This document shows, one piece after another, positions 27,369 through 35,722 of a stretch of DNA of 38,596 nucleotides; within the stretch, counting starts at the first letter, position 1; the number at the start of each line of letters is the position of its first letter. The notes under the pieces are model-generated. The model was not told the origin of the DNA. It did not search any database and worked only from the letters and a program-made list of their open reading frames with translations. The position numbers were made by a program, and so were the translations under genes. The DNA comes from a virus (lineage: Duplodnaviria; Caudoviricetes), in IMG/VR virus record IMGVR_UViG_3300017780_001773, positions 1 through 38,596 of that record; one strand, given 5' to 3'.

Positions 27369-28220
27369 TTATGGTTTTGTTTTGTAGAACCTGTTGAGCC
27401 GTCCCTCGTTCAACCGGGCACGCTCATACTTGTCAAACTCACAGAATGAGTTACTGACGTTGTTTGGGTCAAGGAAATACTCGTTGATTGGGCAATCCCC
27501 CAGTAAATCGTGGGTCATTTCGCGTATGAGCATCAGCCGCTCGTGGATCCAATTCTGGTTTTTGCTGATGTTGAGGGGCTCACCAAACATCCGGCACAGT
27601 CCCCGGGAAGTCCCGGGACCCCCCAGCACAAAGGTCTGCCAGTCTGGTGCCTTTGCCCACCATTTGGTGTAGCGGAGGTCAGTGACGATCTGGTTGGCCA
27701 GGAACGGTCCAAAACCGTGCACCCCCAGGATTTGGCAGCACACTGCCTCCAGGGTCTTGCAGGAACCCCAGTCAACACCCACCAGTTTCTTGCAGGCGTC
27801 AAGGTAGTACACCGCTGGTGGAGTCTTGAGTTGGTCCGGGGACCCGTGTGACGGCATCATGTAAGCTCCCCGGAAGATCCGCTTGCCGTCAGCCTGACGT
27901 TGGAGCACGTGCTTGAGGGTGGATTCAATGTTGATGGGTTCCTCCATCCCCTCAAAGGTAGCAGGGTCATTGAAGATCCGGGCAATGGCAACCCGCACGA
28001 CCATGGCTGTGGCATTCTGGATCTTGGGATTGTCCCGGACGGTTGCCTTGACCCACTGAGTCACCCGGTCATGTTCCCGGTTGATGTTACAGAAGCTGTA
28101 CTTGGCCAGGATCGGATCTTCAGTGTGTGGGAATATGCCAAATTCCTTGGCTTCGCGGGCAAGCTCCCTGGCTTGGATGAAGTCAATGTATCTGGTGAGC
28201 TGGTCTGGGACTGGTTTCAT
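27369..28220 (-). CDS. 5-hydroxymethyluracil DNA kinase (aGPT-Pplase1 family)
   Basis: 'T.DPILAKYSFCNINREHDRVT.W', 'RIFN', HhH-like 'GFGPFLANQIVTDL', 'GPG..RGL', 'CEFDKYER'. Confidence 0.88.
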   Translation of the reverse strand: MKPVPDQLTRYIDFIQARELAREAKEFGIFPHTEDPILAKYSFCNINREHDRVTQWVKATVRDNPKIQNATAMVVRVAIARIFNDPATFEGMEEPINIESTLKHVLQRQADGKRIFRGAYMMPSHGSPDQLKTPPAVYYLDACKKLVGVDWGSCKTLEAVCCQILGVHGFGPFLANQIVTDLRYTKWWAKAPDWQTFVLGGPGTSRGLCRMFGEPLNISKNQNWIHERLMLIREMTHDLLGDCPINEYFLDPNNVSNSFCEFDKYERARLNEGRLNRFYKTKP

Positions 28221-28798
28221 AGGATCGAATCGACGTTGAGGAGTTCAAGGCACTTGGTGAACGCGGCAGCCCGGTCAAGCAGGTAGGTGGGGACCCCGTT
28301 GCGGTCAAGGTTCTTCTTGGAGGACTTGCAGGACTGCACCTTGCCCAGGAGGTTCTTGGGATCAACGTCAACGGCGTGGGGGTCCTTTGCCCTGCGCCGC
28401 TGGTTGACTGAGTCAAAGCATACCATGGTAGGCACGTCAAGGTAGATCACGTGGAGGTTCCACCCAGCTTGGAAGTGCTTGATGGTGCGGCCACAGTCAG
28501 CGGTGAGCAACAGGGACTCATACAGCACATCATACCCCGCCTCACTGAGGAAGGTGATGGTGTCAAAGATCATGGAGGTGTCTGAGATGGTGTCACACCC
28601 ACCACAGATGGTTTCGTAGGACCCGACCACAGCCAGCGGGTTCCCCCCGTTCGGATGGTCAAACGTGTTGTACAGGGGACGTTTCCGCCCCTCCTGGAAG
28701 TGCTTCTGGTGATTGAGGTAGGAGTCCATCACAAAGCGTGCGATGGTGGTTTTGCCGGACCCGTAGGTGCCACGGAGGTTGATGATCACTGGTTTCAT
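28217..28798 (-). CDS. P-loop nucleotide kinase associated with base-modification clusters
   Basis: 'IINLRGTYGSGKTT', 'VGSY....GGCDTI'; ATGA overlaps with the genes on both sides. Confidence 0.85.
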   Translation of the reverse strand: MKPVIINLRGTYGSGKTTIARFVMDSYLNHQKHFQEGRKRPLYNTFDHPNGGNPLAVVGSYETICGGCDTISDTSMIFDTITFLSEAGYDVLYESLLLTADCGRTIKHFQAGWNLHVIYLDVPTMVCFDSVNQRRRAKDPHAVDVDPKNLLGKVQSCKSSKKNLDRNGVPTYLLDRAAAFTKCLELLNVDSIL

Positions 28799-29796
28799 AG
28801 TAGGAAATTGTAGGACTTCTGGCATTGGGCATCAAACCAGGTGTCCAGTTTCTGGTGCAATGAGTGACCTGTGAAACGTCCAGTCCGGGGGTACAAATCC
28901 ATGTCTTCAAGCACCACCTGGCGCATGTTCAGGTCCTTGAGCAACACCTCGTTCCGCCCGTCCCACAGTGCCTGCCACTCGATGCCTGTCCAGCCTTGGG
29001 AAGCAGTCTTGTTGATGTCCTCCGCCATCCGGTCAAGATAGTAGCCAAGGTAGCGTCCCTTGGGTGCTCCGCGTGGCATCTTGCTCCACGCGCACAGCGA
29101 CGTTTCAAGGCTGAAGCGATCCGGTTGAACCGGGAGGTCAGCAAGGTCCTCCGCCAGGATTCCGTGGGCCAGTATGATCTGGTCATCACACCACGTTTCA
29201 AGTTCCTCGTTGGTGGGGTCACGGTTGAAACGCGGATGCACCGCCAAGGCTGCCCCTTCACGGGGTTGCTTGCAGGAGGGATCGGAGAAGAACATTGACG
29301 GCGGGACGAATGAATGGCCACAGCACTCATTCAGAGCCTGGAGGTAGAACCACGCCGTGTAGCGTCCAAACCGGGGGAAAGCTTTGCTGAGCAACAAGGA
29401 CCACGCCATGCCAAAATCGTTGTTCATGGTCCACCAAATCTGCTGCTGAGAGCCACAGGAGTCAGCAATGGCCTGATATGCCTGGAACGTCTCTGGCAGC
29501 TTGCCCCGCAGCCACTTCTGGTCCTTCTGGTAGGGCAGGCGGGTGTAGTTGTCCGTCTGGAACTTCTGCAGCCGCTCAAACCCGACATGGCTGAAGTCAG
29601 GGAACTCGTTCCAGATGACCCAGGCCGTGGGGAGATGGTAGGTGTTGGCATAGAGCCAGCACAGCCAATACTTCTGCTCGATGTTGAACTCATACCGGTG
29701 GAACAGATACTTCATCAGGTACAGCGCCGGATCGCAGTCATACGTCTTCAGCTGGTAACACCAGAAGCGGAGGAAGGGGTTGGTCAGAGTTTGCAT
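28795..29796 (-). CDS. Amino acid:DNA transferase (aGPT-Pplase2 family)
   Basis: 'D.DP', 'EQKYWL.WLY..TY', 'FGRY..WFY', 'LETSLC', 'RYLGYYLDR'. Confidence 0.82.
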   Translation of the reverse strand: MQTLTNPFLRFWCYQLKTYDCDPALYLMKYLFHRYEFNIEQKYWLCWLYANTYHLPTAWVIWNEFPDFSHVGFERLQKFQTDNYTRLPYQKDQKWLRGKLPETFQAYQAIADSCGSQQQIWWTMNNDFGMAWSLLLSKAFPRFGRYTAWFYLQALNECCGHSFVPPSMFFSDPSCKQPREGAALAVHPRFNRDPTNEELETWCDDQIILAHGILAEDLADLPVQPDRFSLETSLCAWSKMPRGAPKGRYLGYYLDRMAEDINKTASQGWTGIEWQALWDGRNEVLLKDLNMRQVVLEDMDLYPRTGRFTGHSLHQKLDTWFDAQCQKSYNFLL

Positions 29797-30497
29797 GGGG
29801 GCACTTTCTTGTGGGGTTTCTGGAGGTCTGGGTAGGTATTCCAGCGGGCAACCTCTGCAGCCTCGTTCAGGCAGACACCCACGCCGGGGATCACTTCCCG
29901 GGAGGTCTTGCGGTCCCCTCCTGCCCGGATCGCAATGTCCAGGGTAGAGGTGAAGACGTAGGCCACGTCAGTCTCGTCCACCAACCACGAGTGCCACCAC
30001 ATCGGACGTTCCGGGGACCGCACCCCCATAATGGTGCCAGTATCCTCAAGGAGGCAGGCAGCGTAGCTTCCAGGAGTTTGTTCAACCCGGCACAGTAGGG
30101 CAAGCCTGAGCATGATTTCTGCGTCATTCCCGGTGGAGTAGGGACCCGCGCCATACTGCTCCCAGGTTTCCGGGGGTTCCTGGCTGATGACTCCGTTGAG
30201 GACGATGGCCATGTCAGACTCGATCAGGGGCAGGGGGGTTTCCGGGTCTGACGTGCAGTAACGGGTGTGGCCGATCACCCGGAGGTCATCAAGCCCGCAG
30301 AAGCAAAGCTCAAGGTCAAGCTCCAGTTCAAACAGGCCAAACTCAAGGTTGAGCATGTGCTGGTAGAACTCCCCGTTGAATGTCCAGGCGATCCCCATTG
30401 AGTGGCGTCCCCGGTAGGAGGACTCCATGAGCAGCTTGGCCAACAGCTGGCGGGTGCCCACGGTGTTGGGTGCTACGTATCCGATGATTCCACACAT
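29784..30497 (-). CDS. Stand-alone class II (Ntn) glutamine amidotransferase
   Basis: N-terminal nucleophile MCGIIG, 'RGRHSMG', 'GHTRYCTS', 'NGVI', 'NDAE'; no fused synthase domain (237 aa). Confidence 0.9.
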   Translation of the reverse strand: MCGIIGYVAPNTVGTRQLLAKLLMESSYRGRHSMGIAWTFNGEFYQHMLNLEFGLFELELDLELCFCGLDDLRVIGHTRYCTSDPETPLPLIESDMAIVLNGVISQEPPETWEQYGAGPYSTGNDAEIMLRLALLCRVEQTPGSYAACLLEDTGTIMGVRSPERPMWWHSWLVDETDVAYVFTSTLDIAIRAGGDRKTSREVIPGVGVCLNEAAEVARWNTYPDLQKPHKKVPPCKL

Positions 30498-30498
30498 A

Positions 30499-31929
30499 TT
30501 ATGTCGATTGGTTGAGGATTTTGAAGTTCATGATTGCGTCCATCAAAGCACTTTGGTCCGCGCCTTTCTGGCGGAGTGCTTCAGCCACAGCCTCGTCCAT
30601 TGTCTTGGTCGCCAGCAAGCGAAAAACGCGGCTGATGTTGGTTTGCCCTTTACGGGCCACACGGGCGTTGAGTTGATCATAGAGTTCCCGGGACCATGTG
30701 GGGGAGAACCAGCAGATGTCTGCACCCCCGTGCTGGAGGTTCAAGCCGTGTCCTGCGCTCTGGGGGGACACGATCAACATTGGGATCATCTTGTTGTTCC
30801 ACGCCTCAGCGATGGCATCCTGCCTCGCAGCTGTCTTGTAATCACTGAAGCAGACGGCATCCGGGAATGCCTTGCGCAACCGTTCCTCCTCGTGCCGGTA
30901 GAGGTAGGCCACCATCAGGGGTTCCCCCTTTTGCTCCTTGTAGATCTGCTTCAGCGCCTTGATCTTCTCATCATGTAGCACCACTGTTTCACTGGGGATG
31001 ATCTTGATGCTACCGTCCGGTTGGGGGATCTCCTGTTGGGCAGAATACACTGCGCCGGATGTGATCTGGGTGAGCTTGTTGACCAGGACCGCAGCGTTGA
31101 CTGCGTTGATCTCATGGTGGTCAATCAGCAGGATCAGTTCCTTGGCAAGCTTCTTGTACTGGGCCCGTGCTTCTGGGGGGAGCGTGATGTCAATATTGAT
31201 GACCTCTGTGTCCGGGATGTTCAGCCAATCGGCGGATCGGAGGACCAGGGTCATGTCAGACAGCTTGCTCTCAATCACGTTCTCCTGACCCTTCATCACC
31301 AGCCATTCCGTCTGGTCCCGGTCCACTGCGTAGAAATGCTGGGATCTGAACTTGTTGTAGTCCCCACCCAGCCGTTCCCCGTTGTCGAGCAGGCGATACT
31401 GGGCAAACAGGTCCAATTTGGAGTTGGGGGAGGGGGTCCCGGTCAGCCCCCAGTGGCGCTCAATCTTGGCCCAATGGCGACGAACGTGCTTGATACGCAC
31501 GCTGGCATGGTTCTTGGCCTTGCTCAACTCATCGTACACAATGGTGTCAAACGGCAGGTCCCGCGCTTTCTTGTTGTCCAGGAATTGCTGGCAAAACGCA
31601 GGCAGCATCTCATAGTTGATGGCATAAATGTGAGCGTCTCCATCCCGGAACTTCTGCTGCCCCTCCTTGGTGCGGAGGTTGGCATACTCCATCCAGTTGA
31701 ACTCATCCCACAGGGCAAGCTCGTTGGGCCAGGTCATGTTGATCACCCGGATTGGTGCGACAACCAGTAAACCCTTCATGGCGCCATCCTTGAACAGGTG
31801 GTCCGCAGCCCCCAAGGTCATCGCTGTCTTGCCCAGACCCATGCCGGCAAGCAGCGCCTTGGCCTTGATGGACTCATCGGTGAGGAAGTCAATCCCCAGC
31901 TCTTGGTAGGGTTCAGGAACAAACTTCAT
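30499..31929 (-). CDS. SNF2-family helicase
   Basis: 'GMGLGKT', 'YDELS', 'LTGTP', 'GHGLNLQ', 'QLNARVARKGQ'. Confidence 0.93.
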   Translation of the reverse strand: MKFVPEPYQELGIDFLTDESIKAKALLAGMGLGKTAMTLGAADHLFKDGAMKGLLVVAPIRVINMTWPNELALWDEFNWMEYANLRTKEGQQKFRDGDAHIYAINYEMLPAFCQQFLDNKKARDLPFDTIVYDELSKAKNHASVRIKHVRRHWAKIERHWGLTGTPSPNSKLDLFAQYRLLDNGERLGGDYNKFRSQHFYAVDRDQTEWLVMKGQENVIESKLSDMTLVLRSADWLNIPDTEVINIDITLPPEARAQYKKLAKELILLIDHHEINAVNAAVLVNKLTQITSGAVYSAQQEIPQPDGSIKIIPSETVVLHDEKIKALKQIYKEQKGEPLMVAYLYRHEEERLRKAFPDAVCFSDYKTAARQDAIAEAWNNKMIPMLIVSPQSAGHGLNLQHGGADICWFSPTWSRELYDQLNARVARKGQTNISRVFRLLATKTMDEAVAEALRQKGADQSALMDAIMNFKILNQST

Positions 31930-32218
31930 CAATCCATGCCTTTCCCTCAATTAGGTTGTCAGTCCACCGGGCATCGAGTCCCCGCCCACAGTAGTCAAGA
32001 ATGGTGTTGGCCTGCGCATCGGTAGGCACCTCCCCTTCCCGCTTCAATTCAATGAACATCAGCTTGCCCTTCCCGCCAACGGGTCCCATCAAGATCCGAT
32101 CCGGGACGGAGGGGTTGGCTGGGGAGGTGAACTTGATCCATTTGCACCCCCGGGACTTGGCGTACAGGCGCAGCTTCTCTTCAAGCTTCTTCTCCAGCAT
32201 TGGTGGTTTCTTGGGCAT
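31913..32218 (-). CDS. VRR-NUC domain nuclease
   Basis: 'KFTSP....VPDRI...FIELKR.G..PT..Q'. Confidence 0.9.
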   Translation of the reverse strand: MPKKPPMLEKKLEEKLRLYAKSRGCKWIKFTSPANPSVPDRILMGPVGGKGKLMFIELKREGEVPTDAQANTILDYCGRGLDARWTDNLIEGKAWIDEVCS

Positions 32219-32298
32219 CAGGCGAGGAGGTTGATGAGGTAGAGTATGAAGGCAACTCCGGTGACAAAAACAGCGTAGTCAATGAGGCGGATTTTCAT
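32218..32298 (-). CDS. Small hydrophobic peptide (26 aa)
   Basis: Manual translation MKIRLIDYAVFVTGVAFILYLINLLA; AC-rich leader (CATACACACC); TGATG coupling to VRR-NUC. Confidence 0.55.
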   Translation of the reverse strand: MKIRLIDYAVFVTGVAFILYLINLLA

Positions 32299-32321
32299 GG
32301 TGTGTATGAGGTGGATTGGCA

Positions 32322-34412
32322 TCAGTCTTTGGTGTAGTAGGGCTGGACCGATCCTTCAGCGACAATCGGGAGTCCCGCAGCCCATGGAGGAGTGTTGCAT
32401 AGTGCGGCGCAGAAGTCAACGATTGATTTCCCGGGCACCTCGTTGCCCAGAGCCTGGTCATGGATTAGTGTGGGGATCTCAAACCCCTGGTTGGCCGCAG
32501 TAACCGATCCGTGGGCCATGAGGTCAAAGGCAGTGCCCTGGGTTGCGTTTTCAACGAGCTTGCCACCATACGTGGAGATACGTCCCCAGAAGGACTTCCC
32601 GGGGATCTGGCCCCAGAAGGTGATCTGCTCCACGCTGCGTGACTTCCCGGTGAACTTGTTGTGGCGCTTAACCCACTCCAGCTTGACGTGGGGGTACACA
32701 ATGTTCCTCCCGGACGGCAGGCGCATCACCAAGTACAGGATGCCAGCCATCTGGGTGACGCCAAACTGGACCTTGGGACCCGCCTCAAACCATTTCCCAT
32801 GGTTGTTGATCGCCAACCGGGCTGCCTGCTCAAACTCATCCCAAAGCTCCGCAACCTTGCTGTACACCTTGCGGTACTCCAGGACCGCTTTCTCACACGT
32901 TTCGTAGGGTAACTCAACCCCATACTTGGAGCACTGGGCCTGGAAAGCGTCCACCCACATGGAGAAGCCACAACCCAGGACCGATTGCTTGCCCACCCAC
33001 CGCTCATCCTTGGTGACCGCTTCACAGCGTTTGTTGTAGATCACGCTGCCCATGTGGACGTAGGGATCAAGCACCTTGCGTTCGTCCGGGTCCGTGGCCT
33101 TGTCATACTTGCGGAAACGCACCAGTGCATCCTCCTGCCCGGCAAGCCAACAGACGATCCGCGCCTCAATAGCCGCGTAGTCTGCGTCAAAGAAGTTCCC
33201 GTCAGGACGCTGGATGAAGTGGCGGATACATGAGGCAATCACCTCGATGGGGTCCCCGTACATCAGGGTCAGTTCCTCCCGGGTGCAGCCATCGCAGATC
33301 ATCTGGTAGATGTCCCCGGTGAACTTGGCCAGATGGGGTGATGGCCGCTTGAAGTTCTGCGGTTGGATCAGGCTGGCAGACCACCGGCCTGTGCCTGCAC
33401 CGTAGAAACGCATGCACCCCCGGACGTAGCCATCACCACATTCACACAAGAGCATGGTGTCCAGCTTCTTGACCGCAGCGTAGGCCAGGCAGGCGTGGAG
33501 TTCAAGGGCACGCTGGGCGTCCGCGTCTGCCCAGATCCAGGCTGTCTCCAGTGCTTCCTCCACGGTCAAGGCCACCAAGTCCTTCCCAGGATACCCTTTG
33601 ACATCAAGCCATGCCTTGAAGACCTTGCCCTGGGCCTGATTGAACCCTGTGATGGAACGGAACTCATCGTTGAGGTCTGCCATGCATTCCCGCACAATCT
33701 TGCGTGCTTTACGCAGTGCGCTGAGGTTGACTGGGATTCCCCGGTCGTTCATTTCGGAGTCAAACATGAATGCCTCCTCCATGGCTCCAGTCAGCTCAAA
33801 GGACTTCAGCCGCTCGTGGATCTGACTCTCAACCTCGTTGTCCTGGACACAGTAATCAGCAAACCGGATGAACTCCGCTGGTTCCGTCCGGGGGTCAATA
33901 CGGTAGGTGGTGCCCATGATGAGCTGCTTGGACTTGTGGACCTTCTGCGGCACCGAGAACTTCTTGATGAGCCGCGATCCCTCCTTGTCCTTCTGCGCAG
34001 GGAGGCTCAGTGCCTGTGCGCATTGTTCAAGGGAGGGGGGTAACGCAGCAACCCGGGCCATAGTAGCAGTGCAGCGCCATTGCCGGGGGATCGGGGCACG
34101 AGTGCCAATGTCAGCGTCCCAACGGTAGCGGGTGACGGCCATTTCAAACTGTGCGTTGTGTGCGTACACTACTGCGGTTGGGTCTTCACCCAATTCATCC
34201 AGGAGTGCCCAGGCTTCAGGGTCCGTCACGATCCCCAGCTTGTCGTCCTCATACTTGGGGTTGTACCAGCGGTACTTCCTGTGCCCGTGCCCACGGGAAA
34301 TGGACAGCATCAGGATCTCGGTGGACGGGTGGCTGGCGTACTTGTACGCACCAACCTTGCGCAGGTCAGCCTCGCTGAAGGTTTCAAAGTCAATGTGGTA
34401 TTGTGGTCTCAT
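32322..34412 (-). CDS. polA: DNA polymerase family A with 3'-5' exonuclease
   Basis: Exo 'IDFET', 'AHNAQFE', 'YCVQD'; 'TGRWS'; motif A 'DYAAIEAR'; motif B 'RWVGKQSVLGCGF'; motif C 'IHDQ'. Confidence 0.95.
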   Translation of the reverse strand: MRPQYHIDFETFSEADLRKVGAYKYASHPSTEILMLSISRGHGHRKYRWYNPKYEDDKLGIVTDPEAWALLDELGEDPTAVVYAHNAQFEMAVTRYRWDADIGTRAPIPRQWRCTATMARVAALPPSLEQCAQALSLPAQKDKEGSRLIKKFSVPQKVHKSKQLIMGTTYRIDPRTEPAEFIRFADYCVQDNEVESQIHERLKSFELTGAMEEAFMFDSEMNDRGIPVNLSALRKARKIVRECMADLNDEFRSITGFNQAQGKVFKAWLDVKGYPGKDLVALTVEEALETAWIWADADAQRALELHACLAYAAVKKLDTMLLCECGDGYVRGCMRFYGAGTGRWSASLIQPQNFKRPSPHLAKFTGDIYQMICDGCTREELTLMYGDPIEVIASCIRHFIQRPDGNFFDADYAAIEARIVCWLAGQEDALVRFRKYDKATDPDERKVLDPYVHMGSVIYNKRCEAVTKDERWVGKQSVLGCGFSMWVDAFQAQCSKYGVELPYETCEKAVLEYRKVYSKVAELWDEFEQAARLAINNHGKWFEAGPKVQFGVTQMAGILYLVMRLPSGRNIVYPHVKLEWVKRHNKFTGKSRSVEQITFWGQIPGKSFWGRISTYGGKLVENATQGTAFDLMAHGSVTAANQGFEIPTLIHDQALGNEVPGKSIVDFCAALCNTPPWAAGLPIVAEGSVQPYYTKD

Positions 34413-34677
34413 AGGTGAACTGCTTGGCGATCCCTTCACCCTTCTCGGTGAGGTAGTAGTGGTTGATGAACTGACGCAGCCCAAGGTTGATGGACTCTAC
34501 CCGGATGTACTCCCGTTGGAGGAGGACCCGCAGCAACTGGCTGGACAGGTTCTTGACTCCCCCCAGCTGATTGTGCACATCCAGGGTGGTCATCCCGGGG
34601 GTTTCCCAGAGGAACCCCAGCACCAATGCCTGGTTGACGTGGAGCTTGGCTGCCTTGATGGCCTTGAGGGTCTTCAA
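34390..34677 (-). CDS. MarR-like winged-helix DNA-binding protein
   Basis: 'NQALVL..L...PGMT...V...L......S..L..L....YI...YYLTEKG'. Confidence 0.65.
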   Translation of the reverse strand: MKTLKAIKAAKLHVNQALVLGFLWETPGMTTLDVHNQLGGVKNLSSQLLRVLLQREYIRVESINLGLRQFINHYYLTEKGEGIAKQFTYETTIPH

Positions 34678-34883
34678 CGGGGGAGGATTGTGATGGCCTG
34701 CCGCGATCCGGCGACGATCCCCTGGGGGTGGAGGTCCGTGATGACCACGAGTTCATTGCCTCGCTTGCGCTCTGTGGTGCGGACAATCTCCCGGGTGCCT
34801 CCGTTGAACAGGATGGTGTCCCCCTTGACAAGCTTCTCTGCGGCTACCTTCTGGTGCGGCGTTGGTGGTGTTGTGGTTTTCAT
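34674..34883 (-). CDS. Hypothetical small protein
   Basis: ATG at 34883 with CACACACCATAC leader; 'A..L.KGD' beta-rich motif. Confidence 0.55.
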   Translation of the reverse strand: MKTTTPPTPHQKVAAEKLVKGDTILFNGGTREIVRTTERKRGNELVVITDLHPQGIVAGSRQAITILPR

Positions 34884-34904
34884 GTATGGTGTGTGGAAAG
34901 GAGT

Positions 34905-34988
34905 AGGCCGGAGGTCTTGTTGTGCGAGCACCCTACTGGGGTCTGTGGACGGCTGAGACAGCTCTGTCACGCACCGGACCTCCGGCCT
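34905..34988. other. Structured intergenic element (multi-branch stem-loop)
   Basis: Perfect 12-bp AGGCCGGAGGTC/GACCTCCGGCCT closing stem, inner GTGCG/CGCAC stem and two sub-hairpins. Confidence 0.5.
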
Positions 34989-35072
34989 GTTTTCAAATGC
35001 CCCGTGAGGTGGTTGCTTTGCCTTGTGAGGACCTGGCACTGCTTTGCCCACGGGTCCAGATCCTCAAATCAT

Positions 35073-35663
35073 TTACAGGAGGCTGGTGAACTCCTCTTCA
35101 TCCCCCTCAAGGCCGGCATCCGTGCCATCCACTGGGGCAAACTCTTCCTTGACGTTCACCGTCGAGTCCTGGCCAAACTTCTCACCGTCGCTGTGGAACT
35201 GCATGGCTTGGTACTCGCAGTTGATGCGCTTCCCAAACGAATTGTCTTGGACCCACATGCGGCAGGTGGCGTTGACGTAGCAGCCCGCATAGAACTTCTG
35301 GTCAATGGCAGGTCCGGTGACGGGGTTCACCCGCTCGTCCACGAATTGGCCGCCGCCATCCGCCTCACGACGGGAGGTGCCGATGAAGACAATGCCTTCA
35401 CCATAGCCAGGGGTGTCCTCACGCTCCATGCCGTCCCGGAGGAACATCTTGAAGCCTTTGGGGTAGTCCTTGCCGTATTTGTCCACCAGCATCTGGATCG
35501 CCATTGCGCGGATTTCCTTGATGGTGTTGGCGTGCTCCACCTTGTCAAGGAGGAAGGTGGCTTGGTATGTCTTGTCGTCCTCTGGCTTCGGGTTCTTCCC
35601 GAAAGCCTTTGGCTTGGTCAGGAATGGGTAGGACAGGCGGACGTGGATCAGTTTCAGTTTCAC
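35073..35663 (-). CDS. Single-stranded DNA-binding protein (DUF2815 / gp2.5-like)
   Basis: 'VRLSYP.L', 'LRDG', 'YAGCYVNA', 'QF..DGE.FG'; acidic tail. Confidence 0.9.
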   Translation of the reverse strand: MKLKLIHVRLSYPFLTKPKAFGKNPKPEDDKTYQATFLLDKVEHANTIKEIRAMAIQMLVDKYGKDYPKGFKMFLRDGMEREDTPGYGEGIVFIGTSRREADGGGQFVDERVNPVTGPAIDQKFYAGCYVNATCRMWVQDNSFGKRINCEYQAMQFHSDGEKFGQDSTVNVKEEFAPVDGTDAGLEGDEEEFTSLL

Positions 35664-35722
35664 GGTATTTTCAGTTTCTCAGTTTTGGTATTCAAGGACC
35701 ATTGTGGCCCAGGAAATTGGTT

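Noticed and set aside
29784-30497. GATase as part of 7-deazaguanine modification (Gat-QueC)
   Set aside because: No QueC fusion and no folE, queD, queE or dpdA in the window.
34895-35055. Resemblance to a c-di-GMP-I riboswitch (GGGCAAA and CCTCCGGCCTA words)
   Set aside because: Spacing and stems do not match; the GNRA loop and receptor architecture is absent.
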